Virus record (IMG/VR): IMGVR_UViG_3300048576_000532
Coordinates: 1 to 36,763 of that record
Length of the DNA stretch: 36,763 bases
Source of the DNA: a virus
Taxonomy: Duplodnaviria > Caudoviricetes
Strand: one strand, 5' to 3'
Shown here: piece by piece, positions 8,270 through 15,124 of the stretch
Layout: the number at the start of each line of letters is the position of its first letter
Position numbering within the stretch: the first letter of the stretch is position 1
The notes under the pieces: generated by a model
The model's database searches: none
What the model was told of the DNA's origin: nothing
The model's input: only the letters and a program-made list of their open reading frames with translations
Made by a program: the position numbers and the translations under genes

Positions 8270-8271
8270 TT

Positions 8272-8715
8272 CTAGAGCAGCATTTCAGCCGTCAGTTGCA
8301 GTGTTGGCAGTGGCGGAAGCTGCCGGGCGGCTCTCAGGCCATAATCACCCCGGCACCTGGCGGAGCAGAAATACCCGTCCCGGGTGAGCGCGGGCCGTTG
8401 CGGCCGGGCCGGCGCGTCCTCCATCACGAACTCACCGAACTGCACATCGCCGCACTTGGCGCAGCGATACGTGCGGTCCGTTACCTGCTGCCAGTTGGAC
8501 AGGGGCATATGGTGGTCGGCCCCGCACTTGTAGCAGTGCCGGTGGGGCTTCCACCGGCCAACTCGGGGCGGGCGGCCCGGTCGGCCAGGCGGCGGGGGCA
8601 CCCGAGTGAGCGGGCGCGAGCAGTTCAGGCAGTTGGGTGCGTGGGTTTCCATGCCCACACTCTCCGGCGGCCAGAACTTTCGCGGGTTATTTGATTCGCC
8701 ATCCATGAGCACCAT
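8272..8715 (-). CDS. Putative multi-zinc-binding protein
   Basis: Four Cys pairs (CLNC, CYKC, CAKC, FCSARC) and a GRPGRPPR basic segment; start uncertain. Confidence 0.55.
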   Translation of the reverse strand: MVLMDGESNNPRKFWPPESVGMETHAPNCLNCSRPLTRVPPPPGRPGRPPRVGRWKPHRHCYKCGADHHMPLSNWQQVTDRTYRCAKCGDVQFGEFVMEDAPARPQRPALTRDGYFCSARCRGDYGLRAARQLPPLPTLQLTAEMLL

Positions 8716-8729
8716 TCGGCCGCCCGGCC

Positions 8730-8950
8730 CTCTGCTGACAGATAGAGGGCGGGCTGACGCCTTTTTTGCGCCCTGTCATTCGATCCGTCAACCCGTAAGT
8801 TGCTGAAGCCTATAGCTCTTAGTGGTATTTGTGACTGAATGACACATATATATTTACTATTAGTACCCTACGCTATGTGTATCTAGCTCTTACGTGTATG
8901 CGTTTCTACGCACATAGCGCGGATACCGGAAACCGGGTCTTTTGCGTCAG
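8730..8950. other. Candidate replication origin / AT-rich control region
   Basis: Markedly AT-rich tract (8820-8900), TGAC/GTCA short repeats at 8736, 8755, 8775, 8787, 8832, 8840, 8946, and inverted repeat CGCTATGTG/CACATAGCG (8871-8919). Confidence 0.4.
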
Positions 8951-9316
8951 ATGCGACATGGGCCCGGCGGTGCCCTTGGCGCGGGCCGAAACATGGCCTT
9001 GGGGTATGCTGGTCTCGTGGATGCGCGGCTCACACGATTGATAGCTTGGTTGGCTGAAGGGCAGGGCCCCCGGACTGCGGAGCAGTGGGCCGACCTCGAA
9101 CAGGGGGCGGCACTGTTGACATCGGAGCAGTGGGCCGACCTGTTGCGTCTTGCACCAGCGGACGCTCTGATGGCCGAAGCCGGGCGTAGGAATGCGGACA
9201 AGCGAAGTTCTTTTGGACATCGGCCGCTAGTGATGCGGCCCTGCCCGTTCTGCGGCCTGGAGCTCGGCGCCCGCCAGATGCGCGAGCATCGACCGCATTG
9301 CCCGCGCAAGCCGTAG
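8951..9316 (+). CDS. C2HC zinc-finger protein, paralog family B
   Basis: C-x2-C-x11-H-x3-C at the C-terminus preceded by AEAGRRNADKR; start uncertain. Confidence 0.6.
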   Translation: MRHGPGGALGAGRNMALGYAGLVDARLTRLIAWLAEGQGPRTAEQWADLEQGAALLTSEQWADLLRLAPADALMAEAGRRNADKRSSFGHRPLVMRPCPFCGLELGARQMREHRPHCPRKP

Positions 9317-9551
9317 TCCTGGATAGTCCTTCCACCGCGGCTCCCGCCGCATCCAAACCCAGAATTTAGGGAACCGCGAAAAGTTGCAGTCCATCGCCGA
9401 CTGAAACGTGCCAGGCGGAATTTGCCTTATGCGGGTCTGCCGAGTTCAGCTCATATACGTGCGCGCGGGCGCCCCCGCCGGCCGCTCCCCTAGCTGTCTT
9501 GGGTAGCCGCCTGACTGCCCTCGGCCCTTGTCGCTCCGCGCTACAAATCGC

Positions 9552-9580
9552 TTGCACCACTGCTGATGTGGTGCTAATCT
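9552..9580 (+). promoter_or_regulatory. Sigma70-type promoter with overlapping palindromic operator
   Basis: TTGCAC-17 bp-TAATCT with extended TG; GCACCAC-N7-GTGGTGC palindrome at 9554-9574. Confidence 0.7.
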
Positions 9581-9624
9581 TTCTTTGGCGGCCGACATTT
9601 CGGCCGGCCGGAAAGGGGACCACA

Positions 9625-9879
9625 ATGGGCGAGAAAATCAGGCGATATTGCGAGCCACAGGAAGCGGGCTTTTGTAGCGAAGCGCGCGCCGTCGGGCGCA
9701 GGATTGCCAGACTGTTGGACGCGATGGGGGACGTCAACACCTGGATTGTTGAGGGCCAGATTGCGGACGACTGCCGGGATTTCCGAATCCAGGTGATCGA
9801 CCGCTTGCGCGCCGAAGGCTGGCGCATCAGCATACCGGCGGAACATTATCGCGTTCTCCCGCCGAAAGGGGGCCGCTGA
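9625..9879 (+). CDS. Hypothetical protein (accessory operon gene 1)
   Basis: AAAGGGG RBS before ATG 9625; TGATG coupling to the next gene. Confidence 0.7.
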   Translation: MGEKIRRYCEPQEAGFCSEARAVGRRIARLLDAMGDVNTWIVEGQIADDCRDFRIQVIDRLRAEGWRISIPAEHYRVLPPKGGR

Positions 9880-10424
9880 TGGTGCGCAACACTTTCCACG
9901 CCAACTTTGAGGCCCAATACGGGCCTGACGACTTCGTGAATCCGGAGGCCTTTGACTCCCAAGATATGGACCAACGGGCTTACGTGCTGCTTGATGGGGG
10001 CCTGGTTACGGCCGTGGTGTTCGCGGAATATCCCACGTTCTGTGAGGATGACGCTTTAGGTGTTGCAGCGGGCGCGGGCCGCCTGGACGCGTTCAGGCTC
10101 ACGGACGCCGAGCTGGCGGACTACCAAACCGGGACGGATGGGGATGGGAAACCGGAATATGACGGGGTAGTCTTTCTGGGAGGCAAACAGGAGCCGTTCG
10201 CCCTCGAATCGCTGGAGTGCTGGGCCGTGTCGGCGCGCCAGTTTTCTGAAGATCCGGCGTTGATGTCGTTGGATAGGGTTTTGGCCGCGTTAGACCGGGC
10301 GGCCGACGATGCTTTTGAGCGCGCCAATCGGGCCCCAGACGATTTGGGGTACGCGGATGCGGAACGGTATGAAGATGCGATCACACGGGCGCGGATTGTT
10401 TCGATGCCGGAGGCGGGTAAATGA
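9879..10424 (+). CDS. Acidic hypothetical protein (accessory operon gene 2)
   Basis: 181 aa, Asp/Glu-rich, coupled on both sides. Confidence 0.75.
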   Translation: MVRNTFHANFEAQYGPDDFVNPEAFDSQDMDQRAYVLLDGGLVTAVVFAEYPTFCEDDALGVAAGAGRLDAFRLTDAELADYQTGTDGDGKPEYDGVVFLGGKQEPFALESLECWAVSARQFSEDPALMSLDRVLAALDRAADDAFERANRAPDDLGYADAERYEDAITRARIVSMPEAGK

Positions 10425-10771
10425 GCACGGCGCGGGAAGAGCGTGACGCGCGGAACCGCGCGACTGAGCGGGCCGAAATTGAGCACCTGAAGACGGGGCC
10501 TGAGCGTGCTTTCCTGTACGTTCGGCACGTGCCGGACGCATGGGCAAAGCACCACAGCCCGTGCCAGATTATTACGTGGATGGGGACCGTTCTGGACGCG
10601 CGAGCCGAAATGGGCCCACGCGTCCCGATTGGCTCAATGGCTGTGTTTGTCGCATATAAGCGAGCCGTTCGCTGTGTCCTGTTCGGCCGTGCGTATTACG
10701 GGTGGTATTACGAGTCCTCGGGCGAATACTGCCGGTTGAAGCGGTCGGCCGTGCGCGAGGTGGCAGCATGA
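10421..10771 (+). CDS. Hypothetical protein (accessory operon gene 3)
   Basis: ATGA overlaps at both ends; aromatic beta-rich sequence. Confidence 0.75.
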   Translation: MSTAREERDARNRATERAEIEHLKTGPERAFLYVRHVPDAWAKHHSPCQIITWMGTVLDARAEMGPRVPIGSMAVFVAYKRAVRCVLFGRAYYGWYYESSGEYCRLKRSAVREVAA

Positions 10772-10989
10772 CGCGCCCAGACGAGACGCGCGCGCATTGG
10801 GACGTGATATTGAGGCAAGCCCCAGACGGGCCGCTCCAGGCCGAAGCGGCGCGCCGCAATCAGGCAAAGCGGATCGAGAGGCGCGGGACGGCGCCGAAGA
10901 AACGGCCGTGCCAATGGTGCGGAGAATGGCTGGGCGTGCGGGATATGCGGCGACATGTTCCGCGTTGCCCTTGCAGAGGTTTGGTTTGA
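10768..10989 (+). CDS. C2HC zinc-finger protein, paralog family B (operon terminal gene)
   Basis: GAGG RBS, ATGA overlap; AEAARRNQAKR followed by CQWC-x11-H-x3-C. Confidence 0.7.
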   Translation: MTRPDETRAHWDVILRQAPDGPLQAEAARRNQAKRIERRGTAPKKRPCQWCGEWLGVRDMRRHVPRCPCRGLV

Positions 10990-11013
10990 CGGTTAGGCGT
11001 TCCGATTTAGAGT

Positions 11014-11047
11014 AGGGCCCTGGGGAAACCTGGGGCCCTTTCCGTTT
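11014..11047 (+). terminator. Intrinsic terminator of the accessory operon
   Basis: 11-bp stem AGGGCCCTGGG/CCTGGGGCCCT with GAAA tetraloop followed by TTCCGTTT. Confidence 0.75.
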
Positions 11048-11056
11048 GCCCTGTTG

Positions 11057-11163
11057 CCCCGCCCCTGCCCATGCTGCCCTGCCCCTGCTGCTGCCCTGCC
11101 CCTGCTGCTGCCCTGCCCCTGCTGCCCTTCCCCTTGCAGGCCGAACCAGGCCGAACCAGGCCG
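11057..11163 (-). repeat. Tandem repeat array containing five KOPS-like GGGNAGGG octamers
   Basis: Three perfect 17-bp units GCTGCCCTGCCCCTGCT (11073-11123). CCCTGCCC at 11063, 11077, 11094, 11111 and CCCTTCCC at 11125. Then (CAGGCCGAAC)x2.7 at 11137-11163. Confidence 0.9.
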
Positions 11164-11335
11164 CAAGAGTCACGCAAGGTGCGCATTAAACCTGCTCAAT
11201 GCTTGCCCGTCCGGGCCCGTAAGCGACATCCGACCGCGCGCGGCGCCCGATGTTTCCGCGCGGGTGGGCATCTCCCCTTCCATAATGGTCTTAAGTGCTG
11301 TGCTGTCAATGCGTTAGCACTACGTCAGCCATCGT

Positions 11336-11363
11336 AGTTTACATAATGGAGATTATCAGAAGT
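11336..11363 (-). other. dif: dif-like XerCD recombination site
   Basis: Minus strand reads ACTTCTGATAA-TCTCCA-TTATGTAAACT, an 11-6-11 layout. The XerD arm is identical to that of B. subtilis dif as recalled (ACTTCCTAGAA-TATATA-TTATGTAAACT). Confidence 0.85.
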
Positions 11364-11370
11364 ACGCCCG

Positions 11371-11383
11371 TAACCTACTGATA
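11371..11383 (-). promoter_or_regulatory. IHF-binding consensus next to dif
   Basis: Minus strand TATCAG-TAGG-TTA matches WATCARNNNNTTR; one-mismatch copies at 11304-11316 (+) and 11541-11553 (-). Confidence 0.5.
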
Positions 11384-11643
11384 ACAAAGGCAGTCGGTTA
11401 CGGATGGGCGCGAGAGGCGGCCCGAATGGGCGGAAAGTAGGCGGGCTCGGAAGGTACGGGGCGGGGGTATCGTACTGATTCGGTTGGGGTTAGCTGGCGG
11501 CGGGGCGCTGGGCGCGCGCTGTACGGTGGGGCCTTTGCTGTACAGTGTTGATTCCATTGGGTTTTCTCTTCGAGCCCCCCGGCACCCCGGGGCCGCCGCC
11601 CGAGTTATCGCGACCTAGGTTTGAGGGCGCGCCGTTTTTTTTT

Positions 11644-12354
11644 CTACAAACAATCCAATACCACGGAGTCTAGAAGAGAGTCAAGGTCGCCCAGCGTCGA
11701 AGGGTCGGGCTCGGGAGGTGGCGTCGCCTTTTTCTTACACCCCACCGGCTCATGGACTGGCGCATCGCTACGGCGCCCCGCGGCCCCAAGGGCACCCGTC
11801 GAATTTTTTGCAGACAAGGCCACCTGGGCAACGGCCACGTCTGCGGGCAGCGTGCCGCCGTCCCAGTCCCACTCAGCCGCGGCGGTAGGCGTCTGGCCGC
11901 CGGCGGGCAGTGCGAGCGTTTTATGGGCCTCCTGGAGGCCGGAAGGGGCGTTCTGCTCGACGTGCTTCAGCGCGAGGAGGTGCATGTCGCCGATGTTGAT
12001 ATTCACGGCCGCCTTCTGCTCGCCGTATTCGCCGGGGCTTAATTTCGAGGCAAGCCATTTTCGGCTGTCAATCTGAAGTCTGGCGACGCGCTCATCCGCC
12101 ATCGTGGCGTTGTCCGCGATATCCACGGTCTGCTCCGCCAGCGCAGTGGCGCCGCGGCGGCGGGCGTCCTGTACGAGCGTGGTCCCCTTGGTGTGCATCC
12201 AAATCCAGCGGTCCAGCAACCAGCGGGAGCAATCGAACTGGCGGGCCATCGCGTTGATGGTTACGCCGCTGGCGATCTGGGCGAGCACCCAAGGCAGGCC
12301 GCCAAGGGCTTCGATATCTGCGTTCAACCTGGATTTGAGTGGATGGCCGGGCAT
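11644..12354 (-). CDS. terS: Terminase small subunit (Sf6-like), inverted relative to terL
   Basis: N-terminal HTH and the signature LAE..VDIAD...ARLQIDSRKWLASKL.P..YG; long low-complexity C-terminal tail. The ORF is open to 12378. Confidence 0.85.
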   Translation of the reverse strand: MPGHPLKSRLNADIEALGGLPWVLAQIASGVTINAMARQFDCSRWLLDRWIWMHTKGTTLVQDARRRGATALAEQTVDIADNATMADERVARLQIDSRKWLASKLSPGEYGEQKAAVNINIGDMHLLALKHVEQNAPSGLQEAHKTLALPAGGQTPTAAAEWDWDGGTLPADVAVAQVALSAKNSTGALGAAGRRSDAPVHEPVGCKKKATPPPEPDPSTLGDLDSLLDSVVLDCL

Positions 12355-12383
12355 AACCGCATTGTCGGCGAGTCTCAACTTTG

Positions 12384-12416
12384 CATGTTGACATACGCAA
12401 CATGTAGTTCCATACT
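12384..12416 (+). promoter_or_regulatory. Sigma70-type promoter for the rightward operon with palindromic operator
   Basis: TTGACA(12388)-17 bp-CATACT(12411); CATGTTG-N7-CAACATG overlaps the -35; GGAGG RBS follows. Confidence 0.75.
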
Positions 12417-12431
12417 ACTTGTGGAGGTCGC

Positions 12432-12707
12432 ATGGAAAACGACAGACCAAAGAGCCCCAGCCGGCCGCGCACGAGCAAGTGCAATATCAAGCGGCCTGTC
12501 CGCCGGGTGGTGGACGAGGAGGTGCGCGGCCGCCCTATCGTGGCCGAGATGCACCCCGGTTTCGTTCGGGTGCGCGAGTACGGGCGCCGCTCGTTTTATG
12601 AGGTGCCCTGGAGTGCGGTCTACATGCTCGGGGCCAGGATGCAGGCCGCGCAAGCAAAGCGCGAGGTGGACGAGCAGCGGGCGGTCAGCATCGCCGCACG
12701 GAGGTAA
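12432..12707 (+). CDS. Basic hypothetical protein
   Basis: GGAGGT RBS; first gene after the promoter. Confidence 0.75.
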   Translation: MENDRPKSPSRPRTSKCNIKRPVRRVVDEEVRGRPIVAEMHPGFVRVREYGRRSFYEVPWSAVYMLGARMQAAQAKREVDEQRAVSIAARR

Positions 12708-12713
12708 AGGCGG

Positions 12714-12908
12714 ATGGATTTGACGATTTCAGGGTTGCCCGTCGTTTGTCCGAAATGCGGCGAGCGGTTCGAGCGCCCGGTGACGGAAGAACAGCTCCGG
12801 AGCATGTGGGGGCGCTACAGCAACAGTAAGCGCCGCGTGGTTCGCGGCTGGCCGAAGGGAGTTCTGAGGAAGAAAGGGGAAGAAGAGGCGCATGGCACGA
12901 CGCGCTGA
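12714..12908 (+). CDS. Small CxxC basic protein (distant relative of family B)
   Basis: GGAGGT RBS; CPKC followed by LRSMWGRYSNSKRR..GWPK. Confidence 0.65.
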   Translation: MDLTISGLPVVCPKCGERFERPVTEEQLRSMWGRYSNSKRRVVRGWPKGVLRKKGEEEAHGTTR

Positions 12909-13230
12909 AGTGTACTACACGCCGGACGCGAACGGATTCCGGCTGATGCTGAACGACGACAGCCGGCACCGGCAGGTCGGATAATTGCCGGCGGCCGAAG
13001 GCTGGACGCTGGCGCAGGCCGGCCGGATGGTCGAGATGTTGCAGCGGCTCGCGGACCTGCTGGGGGGCCGCATGATGGCCGCGGCGTTCACGGCCCTGAT
13101 GTTTACGGGCCTCATGTGCTTGCGGCAGAGCCACCGCTACTATGTGGCCGGGCTGAAGCTGGAGAGCGACATCCTGGCCCTGTTGACCAGTTTGTGCGCT
13201 GTTCTGGGGATGTACGTATGCGCGGCGTAG
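12892..13230 (+). pseudogene. ORF interrupted by an in-frame TAA at 12982-12984; C-terminal part has two hydrophobic segments
   Basis: ATG 12892 with GAGG RBS gives 30 codons, then TAA, then the same frame continues for 81 codons. Confidence 0.5.
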
Positions 13231-13445
13231 GGCTCGCGCTTTTCTTCGCGCTCATGGGCGCGGCGGAGGGTTGCGATTTGCGGGCTTGCTACCTGTACGG
13301 CCATTGGCAGGAGTACACGGAAGGGCGGGACGTGATGGAGGCATTGAACGGGCTGAGCTGGTGGATTGTTGCGAACGCCACATGTTGCGCGGCGGCCGTG
13401 GTTGTCCTGTTCACGGTGTTGTGTCTGGCAATCCTGAGGCGTTAG
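13218..13445 (+). CDS. Small membrane protein (2 predicted TM)
   Basis: Hydrophobic N- and C-terminal segments; overlaps the upstream stop region. Confidence 0.55.
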   Translation: MRGVGLALFFALMGAAEGCDLRACYLYGHWQEYTEGRDVMEALNGLSWWIVANATCCAAAVVVLFTVLCLAILRR

Positions 13446-13465
13446 TATACCCGTCAGGGGGAATC

Positions 13466-13642
13466 GTGCTTTATCTCATAGTCAAGGCGATTGTCGTGAT
13501 TCTTTGCCTGTATTGGGCGCTGGGCCGCCGAAACGTCGCGGTGGCGCAGGACGAAATGACCGGCGGCCTATGCGGGGGCTGGGATAATCTGATGGCCCTG
13601 TTTTACCTGGCCGCCGCGCTTTTCGTGCTGTTCGTCGTATAG
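13466..13642 (+). CDS. Small membrane protein (2 predicted TM)
   Basis: AGGGGG RBS and GTG start; two hydrophobic segments. Confidence 0.55.
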   Translation: MLYLIVKAIVVILCLYWALGRRNVAVAQDEMTGGLCGGWDNLMALFYLAAALFVLFVV

Positions 13643-13672
13643 CGAAAGCTCGGGCCCGCTGAAAATGCGGGG

Positions 13673-15085
13673 GTGACGGACACATCCGGGCCGGTTGCCG
13701 AGTTCATTCGATTTATCACCCTGTACCGGGACAACCCGGTCGCCTTCGTGCGGGAGGTGCTTGGGGTAGAGCCGGACCCGTGGCAGGCCGAGCTGTTGCA
13801 GGCCATCACGGCCGGAGAGCGCCGCATTTCCGTTCGTTCGGGCCACGGTGTTGGAAAATCCACGGCCGTGGCCTGGGCGACTCTTTGGTTTGTCGCGACC
13901 CGATACCCGGCAAAAATCGTGGTGACTGCGCCGACGGCGCCGCAGCTCTTTGACGCTCTTTTCGCCGAAATCAAGAGATGGCTTCGCGCGATGCCTCCGG
14001 CACTGCGCGAACTGTTCGAGGAGAAGGCCGAGCGCATCGAACTGCGGAGCGCGCCGTCTGAGTCCTTCATCTCGGCCAGGACCAGCCGCGCCGACCAGCC
14101 GGAGGCCCTCCAGGGCGTCCACGCCGATCACGTCATGCTGGTGGCGGATGAGGCGTCTGGTGTGCCGGATTCCATTTTCGAGGCCGCCGCCGGCTCTATG
14201 TCGGGGCACAGCGCCGTTACGCTGCTGCTCGGGAATCCGGTCCGGTCGAGCGGCTTTTTCTACGATACACACCACAGGCTTTCGGCCACCTGGAAGACGT
14301 TCCACGTCTCCTGTACCAACAGTCCGCGTGTATCCGCAGATTACGTGCGCGACATGGCCGAGCGCTACGGCGAGAATTCCAACGCGTTCCGTATTCGCGT
14401 TCTGGGCGAGTTCCCGCTGGCCGACGACGACACGGTAATCCCGATGGAGCTGATTGAATCGGCCACCATGCGTGATATCACGCCAAACCCCGACGCGCCG
14501 GAGGTGTGGGGCCTCGACGTGGCGCGCTTCGGGTCTGATAGTAGCGTGCTCATCCGCCGCAAGGGCTTCATCGTGGAAGACCCGCTTTCGTGGGCCGGCC
14601 TGGACACCATGCAGACGGCCGGCGTCGTCATGAACGAGTACGCGGACGCGAAAAGGAAGCCTGTTGAAATCCTGGTGGACGTGATCGGGCTGGGCGCTGG
14701 CGTCGTGGACCGACTGCGCGAGTTGGGTTTGCCGGTCCGCGGCATCAACGTGAGTGAGAGCCCGTCGTCGGGCCAGAAGTACGTCAATCTGCGGGCCGAA
14801 TTGTGGTTTGAGGTCAAGAACTGGCTCGCGCTCCGGGCCTGCCGTATCCCGAAGGTGGAAAAGCTCGTCCAAGAGCTTGCCGTCCCGCGATACAAAATCA
14901 CGTCGAACGGCAAGATGCAAGTCGAGCCGAAAGACCAAGTGAAAAAGCGCATAGGCCGCTCGCCCGACTTCGCCGACGCGCTGGCGCTCACGTTCGCGAG
15001 CCGGGCCGCGACGCTCACCCATGGATGGTCGCAAGAGGGCGCATGGAACAAGCCCCTCAATTTTCGTGTGCCGGGGCTGGTCTAG
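13673..15085 (+). CDS. terL: Terminase large subunit
   Basis: PWQ, Walker A SGHGVGKS, Walker B LVADEA, GNP, nuclease motifs GLDVARFG.D and SPD.ADALAL. Confidence 0.95.
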   Translation: MTDTSGPVAEFIRFITLYRDNPVAFVREVLGVEPDPWQAELLQAITAGERRISVRSGHGVGKSTAVAWATLWFVATRYPAKIVVTAPTAPQLFDALFAEIKRWLRAMPPALRELFEEKAERIELRSAPSESFISARTSRADQPEALQGVHADHVMLVADEASGVPDSIFEAAAGSMSGHSAVTLLLGNPVRSSGFFYDTHHRLSATWKTFHVSCTNSPRVSADYVRDMAERYGENSNAFRIRVLGEFPLADDDTVIPMELIESATMRDITPNPDAPEVWGLDVARFGSDSSVLIRRKGFIVEDPLSWAGLDTMQTAGVVMNEYADAKRKPVEILVDVIGLGAGVVDRLRELGLPVRGINVSESPSSGQKYVNLRAELWFEVKNWLALRACRIPKVEKLVQELAVPRYKITSNGKMQVEPKDQVKKRIGRSPDFADALALTFASRAATLTHGWSQEGAWNKPLNFRVPGLV

Positions 15086-15124
15086 TTTATCGCCGAAAGT
15101 TCGGGTTCGGTGAGAATGCGACCG

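Noticed and set aside
9059-9246. Isolated KOPS octamers (9059 plus strand, 9239 minus strand; also 27788)
   Set aside because: Single copies are expected by chance at this GC content; only the dense cluster beside dif is treated as signal.
9317-9540. tRNA or structured ncRNA in the intergenic gap
   Set aside because: No cloverleaf, T-loop or recognisable ribozyme core by eye; a covariance-model search would be needed to exclude it.
11057-11163. Tandem repeats as a CRISPR array
   Set aside because: Units are contiguous with no unique spacers, and there is no cas operon.
11276-11302. Second dif-like site (CATAATGG shared with the main site)
   Set aside because: The arms and spacer length do not fit the 11-6-11 consensus.
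11590-11601. Lambda cos-like 12-mer (minus strand GGGCGGCGGCCC)
   Set aside because: A 10/12 match is easily reached by chance in GC-rich DNA, and the Sf6-like TerS and P22-like portal do not suggest lambda-type cos packaging.
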